Positions 30,416 to 40,001 of a DNA stretch of 64,000 nt are shown here, in pieces. The DNA is from Tateyamaria sp. (GTDB lineage Bacteria; Pseudomonadota; Alphaproteobacteria; Rhodobacterales; Rhodobacteraceae): the NCBI GenBank assembly GCA_029250205.1, contig JAQWVA010000120.1, positions 16,610-80,609 on the forward strand. The letters run 5' to 3'. The position numbers were made by a program, and so were the translations under genes. Numbering within the stretch: position 1 is the stretch's first letter; the number at the start of each line of letters is the position of its first letter. The notes beneath the pieces are model-generated. The model had not been told where the DNA came from. It made no database searches and saw only the letters and a program-made list of their open reading frames with translations.

Positions 30416-31780
30416 TTAGCCCGCGCCGAATATCTCGCCGACAAACCCGGTCAAATCGCTCATTTGATTTAGCGTCATGCCGGATCGGCTATGGGGTTTG
30501 CCACCCTTGGCTGCGATCGCGTTGGTGAAACCAAGTTTTTGTGCCTCTTTCAACCTGTTTTCTGTCTGGGGAGCCGGTCGAAGTGCGCCTGACAGGCTGA
30601 TTTCCCCGAATACGACGGTATCGGCTGGCAATGCACTGTCTTCGCGCGCACTTAGCAGGGCAGCAGCAACCGCAAGGTCAGCTGCAGGTTCAGAAATTTT
30701 CATGCCACCTGCGACATTCAGATAAACATCTAGTCCGGCAAAGGGGATGCCGCAACGCGCCTCTAACACAGCAAGAATCATCGCTAGCCGGCCACCGTCC
30801 CAACCCACAACCGTACGGCGGGCTTGTGAATGAGGTGAAGGGGCCACGAGCGCTTGCAATTCGCAAAGGACCGGTCGGGTACCTTCGATGCCAGCAAACA
30901 CAACTGACCCGGGGGATGGTTCACCCCGTTCGCTCAGAAAAAGGGCCGATGGATTGGTCACCTCGGCGAGGCCCGCGCCGGTCATCTCAAAGACGCCAAT
31001 TTCATCTGCTGGGCCAAAGCGGTTTTTAACGGCGCGCAAAATGCGGAACTGGTGGCCGCGCTCGCCTTCGAAATAAAGCACAGTGTCGACCATGTGTTCG
31101 ACCACGCGGGGGCCTGCGATTTGGCCTTCTTTGGTGACGTGGCCAACAAGCACAATGCTGACGCCTTTGCGTTTGGCGAACGTGGTCAGTTCATGGGCCG
31201 CTGCGCGCACCTGACTGACTGAACCGGGCGCGCTGTCGACGGTATCGAGCCACATGGTTTGGATCGAATCGATGATGGCGAGGCCCGGTGTCTCGGCTTC
31301 AAGCGTTGTCAAAATATTGCGCAGGTTCGTTTCTGCTGCCAATTGCACGGGTGCGTCCGTCAGGCCCAGCCTTGCAGCACGCATGCGCACTTGGGCGCTG
31401 GCCTCTTCGCCACTGACATAGATTGTCTTGAGCCCACGTCGGGCAAACTGCGCTGCAGCTTGCAAAAGCAATGTAGATTTACCGATGCCCGGGTCGCCGC
31501 CGACCAAAATCGCGGAGGCCGGCACCAGTCCACCGCCAAACACGCGGTCTAGCTCTGACATGCCGGATTCTGTGCGAGGGGGTGGGGTCTCATGCGCGCG
31601 CAGGTCAGACAGGGTCATGGCTGCGCCGCGTTTAGCACCCAAAGATTTAGCGCCCGGTCCGGCAGACAGGCCTTTGTCTTCGGTAATTGTGTTCCATTGG
31701 CCGCAGCTGTCGCAACGGCCGGACCACTTGGTAAATGACGTCCCGCAGGACGTACAGGAGTAAGACGTGCTCTTTGCCAT
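30416..31780 (-). CDS. radA: DNA repair protein RadA/Sms
   Basis: CxxC...CxxC zinc finger, GDPGIGKSTL, KNRFG, Lon-like C-terminal domain. Confidence 0.97.
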   Translation of the reverse strand: MAKSTSYSCTSCGTSFTKWSGRCDSCGQWNTITEDKGLSAGPGAKSLGAKRGAAMTLSDLRAHETPPPRTESGMSELDRVFGGGLVPASAILVGGDPGIGKSTLLLQAAAQFARRGLKTIYVSGEEASAQVRMRAARLGLTDAPVQLAAETNLRNILTTLEAETPGLAIIDSIQTMWLDTVDSAPGSVSQVRAAAHELTTFAKRKGVSIVLVGHVTKEGQIAGPRVVEHMVDTVLYFEGERGHQFRILRAVKNRFGPADEIGVFEMTGAGLAEVTNPSALFLSERGEPSPGSVVFAGIEGTRPVLCELQALVAPSPHSQARRTVVGWDGGRLAMILAVLEARCGIPFAGLDVYLNVAGGMKISEPAADLAVAAALLSAREDSALPADTVVFGEISLSGALRPAPQTENRLKEAQKLGFTNAIAAKGGKPHSRSGMTLNQMSDLTGFVGEIFGAG

Positions 31781-31819
31781 GGCGCGGGTGTGCCTCAGCG
31801 ATGGTGCGGGGTCAAAGGA

Positions 31820-32269
31820 TTATTGCAGGTTGCGGGCAAGCTTGTGTGTGCGTTCAGTGGCCCAACTCACCCAGATAGAAGCAATAATGCAGGCGGTAAA
31901 CAGGTACAGCCCCCAAGCTGTTTCGAGCCTGCCAACGCTAAGTCCTTTGGCAAGCGTGATATAGAGAGCGATCAAAAAAACGTCTGCCATAGCCAGTTTT
32001 GCCAAGATGCCCAATACAGGTGTGACCCGCGGGCTAAGCCGCTGCCAGTGGATCAGGGCCAGCATAATGGTTTTTGCATAGGGTGCGACCAGGGCAAAGA
32101 TAGCGACGACAAAGGCAAGAAATACGTCGTTGCTCCAGAGCGATTGCAACCCTGTGACAACCGAGATCTCACGCAAGTTAAAGAGCGGCAACAGCCCCGC
32201 GCGCATGAGTGGTGCAAACCATGAAATTGGAAACAGGATCAGCAGGAACAGATTCACAAAGCGGTACAT
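31820..32269 (-). CDS. Single-module PqiA-family membrane protein
   Basis: SVVTGLQSLW, FALVAPYAK, KLAMADVFLIA. Confidence 0.8.
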   Translation of the reverse strand: MYRFVNLFLLILFPISWFAPLMRAGLLPLFNLREISVVTGLQSLWSNDVFLAFVVAIFALVAPYAKTIMLALIHWQRLSPRVTPVLGILAKLAMADVFLIALYITLAKGLSVGRLETAWGLYLFTACIIASIWVSWATERTHKLARNLQ

Positions 32270-32331
32270 GGGCCCGTTGTGCTGAGAATTTCGAAATGAT
32301 TGAAGGTTTCCATATGAAATACCTGTTTTGA

Positions 32332-33078
32332 TTATCGTAAGGCTTCGATGGGCCCTTCGGCGCGACCATGGATGAATTGATCAACATAAGGGTCGCCCGC
32401 AGCGTCCATCTTGGAGACTGGACCGGTCCATCGAATTTTGCCTGCGTGCAGCATTGCCACGTTGTCAGCTATGGTGCGCACCGAAGTCATGTCGTGCGTG
32501 ATCGTCATGGTCGTGGCTCCCATCTCGGTCACAATCTCGCGTATCAGGGCATTGATCACACCTGCCATGATCGGGTCGAGCCCGGTGGTGGGTTCGTCGA
32601 AAAAGATGATCTCAGGGTCGGCGGCAATGGCACGGGCCAGACCAACGCGTTTTTGCATGCCGCCTGACAGCTCGGCTGGAAAGCGGTCTGCGACGTCTGG
32701 CGTCAGTCCGACGCGACGCAATTTCTCTATGGCCACTGCGCGTGCATCGTCGCGGGGACGTGCCAAACTGCCGCGCAGCAGACGGAAGGCGACGTTTTGC
32801 CAAACTGGCAGTGAATCGAACAATGCTCCGCCCTGAAACAGCATGCCAAACCGCGCAAGAAAGGCGTCGCGATCCGCCTGCGTTACGTCTGTGCCATCCA
32901 CGGTGATCCTTCCCTGTTCAGGCGTTACCAGACCTAGGATCGTCTTGATGCAGATCGACTTGCCGGTGCCAGAACCGCCGATGATAACCATCGAGGTGCC
33001 TTTGGCCACATGTAGGGTGACGCCACGCAGAACATGGTTGTCGTCAAAGCTTTTGTGCACGTTTTCCAAGGTAATCAT
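32332..33078 (-). CDS. mlaF: MlaF-type ABC ATPase
   Basis: GGSGTGKS, GMLFQGGALFDSL, ELSGGMQKRV, FDEPTTGLDP. Confidence 0.9.
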   Translation of the reverse strand: MITLENVHKSFDDNHVLRGVTLHVAKGTSMVIIGGSGTGKSICIKTILGLVTPEQGRITVDGTDVTQADRDAFLARFGMLFQGGALFDSLPVWQNVAFRLLRGSLARPRDDARAVAIEKLRRVGLTPDVADRFPAELSGGMQKRVGLARAIAADPEIIFFDEPTTGLDPIMAGVINALIREIVTEMGATTMTITHDMTSVRTIADNVAMLHAGKIRWTGPVSKMDAAGDPYVDQFIHGRAEGPIEALR

Positions 33079-33106
33079 GTGGCTGTGCCTCTTGTGGCAT
33101 TCAGGA

Positions 33107-33148
33107 GCCTCCGGCGGGAGTTTATTTGGCAAGATGAAGATGGATCAT
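33107..33148 (-). repeat. Intergenic repeat element, copy 1
   Basis: The minus strand ATGATCCATCTTCATCTTGCCAAATAAACTCCCGCCGGAGGC is 21/22 identical to 42450-42471 over its first 22 nt. Confidence 0.7.
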
Positions 33149-33163
33149 ATGAGATGGCTGGGG

Positions 33164-33937
33164 TCATATTGAGAAGAATACCCCCGTGAGCACGAAGTTG
33201 GCGGCAAGGATTAAGACGGCGGCAGCCTCGACTGAGCCTTTGGTTGCACGCCCCACGCCTTGGGCGCCGCGTCCGGAATTCATTCCGAAATAACATCCCA
33301 TGAGTGCTGCGATAAAGCCAAAGGCTGCGCCCTTTGCGAGGCTGGAGCTGATGTCTTTGAGTTCGATAAAGTCGACCGTGTTCTGGATATAGGCGGCCGC
33401 GTTGAACCCCAATGTACCGGTCGCGACCGCATAGCCGCCAAAGATACCTATGATGTCGCCCACGCCAACCAGCAATGGTACAGTGAGCGTGGCAGCCAGC
33501 ACGCGCGGCGCAGTGAGGTATTTCATTGGGTGAGTGGACAGTGTGACCAGAGCGTCGATCTGTTCGGTCACTTTCATCGTGGCGGTTTCAGCCGCAATTG
33601 ATGATGTCACGCGGGCTGCGATCATCAAACCGACTAAGACAGGGCCCAGTTCCCGGACCATTCCGATTGCAACGATCTGGGGCACCACGGCTTCGGCGTT
33701 GAACCGCGCGCCGCCTGCATAAATTTGCAACGCCAGCGCGCCACCGGTGAAGATCGCAGTCAGTCCGACCACTGGCAAGGACAACCAACCGATGTGCAAT
33801 AGCGCCAGACCCACTTCGCGTGGGTAAAACGGCGGACGGATCAGGTGCGTCAGCGTGGCCCCGGCAAACAGGCTTACACGCCCGACGGCGGCCAGCAGGC
33901 CAAGCGCTGTGCGCCCGATCTTTGCCAGTAGGTTCAT
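33164..33937 (-). CDS. mlaE: MlaE-type ABC permease
   Basis: [34 protein letters not shown]. Confidence 0.92.
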   Translation of the reverse strand: MNLLAKIGRTALGLLAAVGRVSLFAGATLTHLIRPPFYPREVGLALLHIGWLSLPVVGLTAIFTGGALALQIYAGGARFNAEAVVPQIVAIGMVRELGPVLVGLMIAARVTSSIAAETATMKVTEQIDALVTLSTHPMKYLTAPRVLAATLTVPLLVGVGDIIGIFGGYAVATGTLGFNAAAYIQNTVDFIELKDISSSLAKGAAFGFIAALMGCYFGMNSGRGAQGVGRATKGSVEAAAVLILAANFVLTGVFFSI

Positions 33938-34968
33938 TCGGAAAATACCCGGTAATAACGCTGCCCGAGTGATGTCAGTATCTCATAGCCGATGGTGCCC
34001 GCAGCGTCGGCTATGGCATCGACCGATTGGTGTTTGCCCATCAGTTGGAGCGTTTCGGGAACCTCTCCGAGGTTAGACACATCCGCTGTAATCAGGTCCA
34101 TTGAAACCCGACCCACGACTGGGCAGGGTGTATCACCGGCATAAAGCGTCGCTTTGGACCCCATGGCGCGGATTATGCCATCGGCATAGCCGCCTGACAC
34201 GGTTGCGATGTGACTGTTGCGGGGGGCCACCCATGCATTGCCATAGCCTACCGTTTCACCAGCCTCGACCTCGCGAACCTGAATAATTGGCAGATCAAGG
34301 GTGACAACGGGCGCAGCATCGGCAAATGGCAAACCACCATAAAGACCGACGCCGGGCCGTGTCATGTCGAAATGGTAAGCAGAACCCAACAGAGTGCCAC
34401 CAGTTGCCGCTAGCGAACGTGGGGCATCGATCCCGTCGGTTATTGCGCGGAATGTTTCAAGCTGCTGCGCATTCATAGGGTTTGATGGCTCATCGGCACA
34501 GGCCAAGTGGGACATGACCAACTCTGGCTGCTGAGAAAGCGCGATATCGCGTACCGCCAACCATTCGGCAGGCTCCATGCCCAGTCGGTTCATTCCGCTA
34601 TCAAGCTGCAGGCCAAACCGATGTCCGGGTAACGCCTCGACGTGACGCAACATCTGATCGACCGAGTTCAGCAGCGGCGTCAGCTCGCCCGTTCGGACCT
34701 GATGCGTATCGCCATCCATGTGACCTGAAAAGACGTAAATTTCTGGGCCCACGCCAAGTGCATCGCGCAGGCTGAGCCCTTCATCTGCTGTTGCGACAAA
34801 GAAACTGCGCGCACCTACACGCGCAAGCGCAATGGCAATCTTGGCTGCATCAAGCCCATATCCATTGGCTTTGACAACGGCGCCTGTTTCACCCTCGCTT
34901 AGAGCATCTAGGGTTTGCCAGTTGCGCACCACCGCGCCAAGATCGATTGAGAGCGTTGCAGACGTCAT
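33934..34968 (-). CDS. alr: Alanine racemase
   Basis: [36 protein letters not shown]. Confidence 0.95.
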   Translation of the reverse strand: MTSATLSIDLGAVVRNWQTLDALSEGETGAVVKANGYGLDAAKIAIALARVGARSFFVATADEGLSLRDALGVGPEIYVFSGHMDGDTHQVRTGELTPLLNSVDQMLRHVEALPGHRFGLQLDSGMNRLGMEPAEWLAVRDIALSQQPELVMSHLACADEPSNPMNAQQLETFRAITDGIDAPRSLAATGGTLLGSAYHFDMTRPGVGLYGGLPFADAAPVVTLDLPIIQVREVEAGETVGYGNAWVAPRNSHIATVSGGYADGIIRAMGSKATLYAGDTPCPVVGRVSMDLITADVSNLGEVPETLQLMGKHQSVDAIADAAGTIGYEILTSLGQRYYRVFSE

Positions 34969-35325
34969 ATCATGGTTTTGACAGGACCATGCGGATTGGT
35001 GAAGGGGTAAAACGCGTGCGAGTACAATTGCGGTGGATCAATGTGGCACGATCATATGGTGGTATCGACGCCAAATACGTTCCGTCGTGGCATCCCTAAG
35101 CGTTATCCTGTCGCTTGGCGTCTGGCCGTTGGACCGGTGATGGCCCTTATGTTCGGCGCAGCACTTAGTGCGAATAGGTCTGGACTGAATTTTGGGCGCA
35201 TCTTTCTGTTGGAAATCTCGGCATATGGGTGATGTTTCGTTGAATATGGTGGGATGTACTAAAAATACTGCCGCTTTCAGACAACAAAAGCGGGCGGTTG
35301 CCAGCTGTATCTGATGCCCACGTCA

Positions 35326-36813
35326 TTAAAATTCCTGATCGCCGCCTTGCTGCCATGGCTGCACCAGATTTCCAAATCGCGTAAAGCGCCCTTCAAAGCT
35401 AAGGTCCACTGTTCCGATAGGGCCATGTCGCTGCTTACCAATAATAATTTCCGCACGACCGTGCAGCCGCTCCATCTCTTCCTGCCATCTGGCCATGGCT
35501 TCAAGGTCATGATCGCCCGGTTTCTCACGCTCTTTGTAATATTCCTCACGGAACACGAACATGACGACATCGGCGTCTTGTTCGATCGACCCTGATTCCC
35601 GCAGATCACTTAGCTGTGGACGTTTGTCTTCACGATTTTCCACTTGGCGCGACAGTTGTGACAGGGCCACAACCGGGATGTTGAGTTCTTTGGCTATAGC
35701 TTTCAGCCCCATGGAAATCTCGGCGATTTCCTGCACGCGATTTTCGGCGCCACCGCGCACCAGCTGCAGATAGTCCACAATCAGAACATCCAACCCGTTG
35801 GTCCGTTTCAGGCGGCGGGCGCGGGCGGCAAGCTGGGCGATGGGGATGGCAGGGGTGTCATCGATATAAAGCGGGCAGGCCTCGAGCGCTTTGGCGGCGT
35901 CGACGAACCGACGGAATTCAGCCTCGGTCATGTCGCCACGACGGATTTGCTCGCTTGGTACTTCGGACGCCTCGGAAAGAATTCTTGCCGCCAGCTGTTC
36001 GGCGCTCATCTCAAGAGAATAGAAACCTACGACCCCACCTTCGATCGCGCCTTCGGACCCATCGGGTTTCACACCCTTTTTGTACGCCTTGGCAATGTTA
36101 AAAGCGATGTTGGTGGCCAGCGAAGTTTTGCCCATCGAAGGCCGACCGGCAAGAATCAGAAGGTCAGACGAGTGTAGGCCGCCCAACTTCTTGTCCATAT
36201 CCGTTAGCCCAGTCGAAATTCCAGCAAGCCCGCCCTCTCTCTGATAGGCAGCATTGGCCATGTTGACTGCGTCTGTGACAGCCTTGAGAAAGCTCTGGAA
36301 CCCGCCTTCGGAGGTGCCCTGTTCGGCCAGTTTGTAAAGCGCCTGTTCGGCTTCAACGATTTGCTCTTTGGGTTCAGAAGCAACATCGACCTTGGCCGCT
36401 TTTGCACTGATATCGCGGCCCAAAGTGATTAGGTCCCGGCGCACAGCGAGGTCATAGATCATTTGAGCATAGTCACGCGCAGCAAAAGCGCTGATCGCAG
36501 CACCGGCCAGCCGCGCGAGATAGGCAGGGCCACCGAGCTCAAGCAATCCCTCATCATCTTCCATAAAGGCCTTGATGGTTACTGGGCTGGCAAGGTTATT
36601 TTTGGCAATCCGAGCGGCGCAAATTTCAAAAATGCGTGCATGAACAGGGTCATAAAAGTGCAGTGGTCCAATGATGGCAGCCACGCGGTCGTAGATGTCA
36701 TTGTTGGTCAGGATGGCGCCCAGCAATTGCTGTTCGGCCTCGATCGAGTGTGGCATCGTCTCTGCATCTTGCACCGAGAGGCCTGTGGGATTGAATGCTG
36801 TGATCTCGTTCAT
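35326..36813 (-). CDS. dnaB: Replicative DNA helicase
   Basis: PHSIEAEQQLLG, AGRPSMGKT, IVDYLQL, DLRESGSIEQDAD, KQRHGP. Confidence 0.98.
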   Translation of the reverse strand: MNEITAFNPTGLSVQDAETMPHSIEAEQQLLGAILTNNDIYDRVAAIIGPLHFYDPVHARIFEICAARIAKNNLASPVTIKAFMEDDEGLLELGGPAYLARLAGAAISAFAARDYAQMIYDLAVRRDLITLGRDISAKAAKVDVASEPKEQIVEAEQALYKLAEQGTSEGGFQSFLKAVTDAVNMANAAYQREGGLAGISTGLTDMDKKLGGLHSSDLLILAGRPSMGKTSLATNIAFNIAKAYKKGVKPDGSEGAIEGGVVGFYSLEMSAEQLAARILSEASEVPSEQIRRGDMTEAEFRRFVDAAKALEACPLYIDDTPAIPIAQLAARARRLKRTNGLDVLIVDYLQLVRGGAENRVQEIAEISMGLKAIAKELNIPVVALSQLSRQVENREDKRPQLSDLRESGSIEQDADVVMFVFREEYYKEREKPGDHDLEAMARWQEEMERLHGRAEIIIGKQRHGPIGTVDLSFEGRFTRFGNLVQPWQQGGDQEF

Positions 36814-36921
36814 CTGTTCCGTCCCTATCCACTATTCCCAGAGGTTCGAAAGGCTTTGAACCTTTATAGTTCCGGGGTGTCACACTGTTACGCGCAACGC
36901 CATCTGGAAAAGGTGGTGGAT

Positions 36922-37090
36922 TTATCTGTGGATAACACTCACAGACCCTGCCGCTGATCGACATATAGTGGTTTTGGGGCGCCTTGTCACTAGATGCCGA
37001 GCCGAAAGGCGGCTCGAATCGTCTTATGCACAACCCATCCACAGATAACTTGTCCACATACTTCTTTGGTTTATCCCCAAGTGATCCACA
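36922..37090. promoter_or_regulatory. DnaA-box cluster between pyrE and dnaB
   Basis: TGTGGATAA at 36927 (perfect, reverse orientation); TTATGCACA 37024, CCATCCACA 37035, TTGTCCACA 37050, TTATCCCCA 37071, TGATCCACA 37082. Confidence 0.75.
36956..37002. promoter_or_regulatory. Tandem NrdR-box-like pair
   Basis: GATCGACATATAGTGG (36956) and TCACTAGATGCCGAGC (36987) compared with acaCwAtATaTwGtgt; starts are 31 bp apart. Confidence 0.4.
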
Positions 37091-37139
37091 CTGTGTCAGG
37101 CTACTCTGACAGACATAAGTGGAACACTGGTCGTTGTAA

Positions 37140-37814
37140 TTATGTGCGGGCTTTCTGCCACGCGCGTGGGTCTTTCAGAAAGGCTTCGACGCCGACGAGC
37201 GTGGCTTCGTCAAAGGCGCCAGACGCCCGTGCCTCGGTCAGCACATCCCACCACGTGCACAGATGGTGCAGTTGGACGCCATGATCGCCTAGGGTTTTTT
37301 CCGTTTCCGAAAAAATGCCGTAATAAAAGATTACCGCCGTATGGGCGCAAGTCGCACCGGTGTCGCGGATCGCGTCAACAAAGCTAATCTTTGAGCCCCC
37401 ATCGGTCGTCAGGTCTTCGACCAGCAGCACGCGTTGGCCTTCGGTCATTTCGCCCTCGATCCGAGCGTTGCGTCCATAGCCTTTGGGTTTTTTGCGGACA
37501 TAGGTCATTGGCAGCGCCATGCGTTCGGCAACCAGAGCGGCAAATGGGATGCCGGCCGTCTCGCCGCCGGCAATGTTGTCAAAGGCTTCAAACCCTGCAT
37601 TGCGCATAACTGTAACTGTCAAAAAGTCCATTAGGGTTGCACGAATGCGAGGATAAGAGATCAGCTTGCGGCAATCGATATAGGTTGGACTTGGCAGGCC
37701 AGAGGCCAGAGTAAATGGTTCGGCAGCATTGAAATGCACAGCCTTGATTTCAAGAAGCATGCGGGCGGTCAGGCGCGCCATTTCTTGCGCAGTGGGAAAG
37801 CTGGTGGGGATCAT
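37140..37814 (-). CDS. pyrE: Orotate phosphoribosyltransferase
   Basis: [36 protein letters not shown]. Confidence 0.95.
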   Translation of the reverse strand: MIPTSFPTAQEMARLTARMLLEIKAVHFNAAEPFTLASGLPSPTYIDCRKLISYPRIRATLMDFLTVTVMRNAGFEAFDNIAGGETAGIPFAALVAERMALPMTYVRKKPKGYGRNARIEGEMTEGQRVLLVEDLTTDGGSKISFVDAIRDTGATCAHTAVIFYYGIFSETEKTLGDHGVQLHHLCTWWDVLTEARASGAFDEATLVGVEAFLKDPRAWQKART

Positions 37815-37889
37815 GGGTGTGGCTTTCAAATGAGGTCGATAGTTTGAGAATGCAGGGGCTTTCGGTGGGTGTTTTCTGAAGCAAAGACG

Positions 37890-38921
37890 TCAGCCGACGG
37901 ACCACTCTAGCTCGAATCCAGGGTCAAAGACGGTGACGAATCCGTCGTCTGTCTCTACGTGAGATGGAATACTTGGCGCGGTTCTGATGAGCGTTACAGT
38001 GTCAGAGTTGACCGGTAGGCCATAGAACGCTGGGCCGTGGCGCGATGTGAACCCCTCGAGCTTATCAAGCGCACCTTCCTGTTCGAACACCTGTGCCAGA
38101 ATTGGCAACGTATTGGGGGCGGTAAAACAACCGGCACAGCCGCAGGGTAGAAATTTGTTTGCATCGGTGTGCGGGGCGCTGTCGGTGCCAAGAAAAAAGC
38201 GCGCTTCGCCTGAAGTCGCAGCCGCGCGCAGTGCGCGGCGATGACTTTCCCGCTTGGCCACGGGCAGGCAGTAGTAGTGCGGTTTGATACCGCCAGCGAG
38301 GATATGGTTGCGATTGAGCACCAAGTGATGGGTTGTGATCGTCGCACCAAGGCTGTTGTCCTGGGCAAGGGCGTAATCGACAGCGTTGCTGGTGGTAATG
38401 TGCTCCATGATAACGCGCAAGCTGGGCGTGGCCCGACGGATAGGGTCTAGTACTCGATCAATAAAGACTGCTTCACGATCAAAGATGTCAATGTCTTCAT
38501 CGGTGACCTCGCCATGGACGCACAGAGGCAGGCCAATTTCTGCCATCCGTTCGAGGGTGCCGCGTACGTGATCAAAGTTGGCGACGCCAGAGGCCGAATT
38601 TGTGGTGGCCCCAGCGGGGTAGAGCTTGACCGCTTTGACAAGGCCAGATGCGTGGGCGGCGGCGACGTCATCGGGATCTGTGTCTTCGGTTAAGTAAAGC
38701 GTCATCAATGGCTCGAAAACCATGCCATCCGGTAGCGCTGACAAAATCCGGTCCCGATAGGCCGCGGCCTGTGCGCCGGTCACCACAGGTGGCATTAAGT
38801 TTGGCATAATGATCGCACGTGCAAAGTCGCGCGCAGTATGGGGCAAGACGGCCCGCATCATTGCGCCGTCGCGCAGATGCAAATGCCAGTCGTCGGGGCG
38901 GGCAAGTGTAAGCATTTTCAT
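37890..38921 (-). CDS. pyrC: Dihydroorotase (type II)
   Basis: [34 protein letters not shown]. Confidence 0.96.
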   Translation of the reverse strand: MKMLTLARPDDWHLHLRDGAMMRAVLPHTARDFARAIIMPNLMPPVVTGAQAAAYRDRILSALPDGMVFEPLMTLYLTEDTDPDDVAAAHASGLVKAVKLYPAGATTNSASGVANFDHVRGTLERMAEIGLPLCVHGEVTDEDIDIFDREAVFIDRVLDPIRRATPSLRVIMEHITTSNAVDYALAQDNSLGATITTHHLVLNRNHILAGGIKPHYYCLPVAKRESHRRALRAAATSGEARFFLGTDSAPHTDANKFLPCGCAGCFTAPNTLPILAQVFEQEGALDKLEGFTSRHGPAFYGLPVNSDTVTLIRTAPSIPSHVETDDGFVTVFDPGFELEWSVG

Positions 38922-38954
38922 GCCTGTCGGTTAGCACGGCGGTTGGGGCGGTTG

Positions 38955-39893
38955 CTAGCCCTCGATGGAAGAACGCGTTTTTGTCTGGATCTCGTCAAGG
39001 CGGCGAAAACGGGGGGCTTTCATCCGGCTTGTGACGTTTTGAGCCACGATCCGGGCCAGCTTTTCGCGGCCCTGTTTGTCAAGCGCAGCCATCAGACGGC
39101 AAAGATAAGGCCTGTGGGTGCGCCGCGTGCGGTACAGCGCTGCAAAACTGGTTTTATCAAGCCTGCCGTTTTTAGCCTGCGTTAGCATTGGCACGAGAAT
39201 ACCCATCGCCAACAGATCACTTTGGATCGCGTCGCCGATAAAGCGCATCGGGAACCTGGTTACATTTGAGCGCTCGAAAAGAACCGCGTGCATCGCATCC
39301 ATCGTTTCAGCCGGATCATACAGCACATAAGCCTGCGCGCAGGCATCAAGCATATCGGGCGCATACCCAAAGCGATTTGTAAATGAGGTCTTCCGCATGT
39401 GCTTAAAGCGGTCGTCCCATTCGGTCATTCGAGGATCAAGCGTGGCCTGTGGTTGAACGACTACAACCGTCGAACCAGGAGCGGCCACAGAAAACGTGGA
39501 TGCCGCATAACCGCACGGACCGACCCCGTAAAATACGACGTTGTCGAACTCTTCGAAAAACCCATCATCGATCAGACGGTCAAAGAAGTTGAATATCTGT
39601 GGGTCGCGGAACCACGTGTCACCGTCAGAGATCATGCAAAGATGCGACCATTCCTGAGATCTAACCATCTCAAAACCGAACGGTTGTTCAGATTCGCACA
39701 GAGTCCGAATGCCTTGAATTGATTCAAAGGTCACAAGAAGCGTATCACCGCAGCTTACAAAACCAGCATAGTGTCGGTTGCCGAGAGATTCAAAAAAACC
39801 CTGCTTTTTGGTGACGGCTTCTATTTCTGACAACCACTCGCTCTTGGACAGTTTGGCCAAATCTGGATCAAACATTACGTCTGCGTGCTGCAT
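38955..39893 (-). CDS. Conserved hypothetical protein with alpha/beta-hydrolase-like features
   Basis: LLVTFE, WFRD, VVFYGVGPCGYAA (nucleophile-elbow-like, no Ser), PQATL, YDP. Confidence 0.7.
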   Translation of the reverse strand: MQHADVMFDPDLAKLSKSEWLSEIEAVTKKQGFFESLGNRHYAGFVSCGDTLLVTFESIQGIRTLCESEQPFGFEMVRSQEWSHLCMISDGDTWFRDPQIFNFFDRLIDDGFFEEFDNVVFYGVGPCGYAASTFSVAAPGSTVVVVQPQATLDPRMTEWDDRFKHMRKTSFTNRFGYAPDMLDACAQAYVLYDPAETMDAMHAVLFERSNVTRFPMRFIGDAIQSDLLAMGILVPMLTQAKNGRLDKTSFAALYRTRRTHRPYLCRLMAALDKQGREKLARIVAQNVTSRMKAPRFRRLDEIQTKTRSSIEG

Positions 39894-40001
39894 CGAACCA
39901 CCCTTTAGTCCTGTTGTTATCACGGGTGTCGGTTAAACGGTACAGTGTCAACAAGGCAAACATAAAATGCTATTAGCAAATTGCGGATTAGGCTTTCCCG
40001 G

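Noticed and set aside
36998-37017. Hairpin CGAGCCG-AAAGG-CGGCTCG as the pyrE terminator
   Set aside because: It has no U-tract on either strand and lies about 120 nt past the pyrE stop; its role is unclear.
36850-37135. Calling the DnaA-box cluster oriC
   Set aside because: I see no clear AT-rich unwinding element or DnaA-trio run, and no dnaA, parAB, gidA or hemE context. GC skew cannot be judged from this window.
38955-39893. PAPS reductase label, which I recall being attached to similar proteins
   Set aside because: There is no PP-loop (SxGxDS) or ECGLH motif in the sequence.
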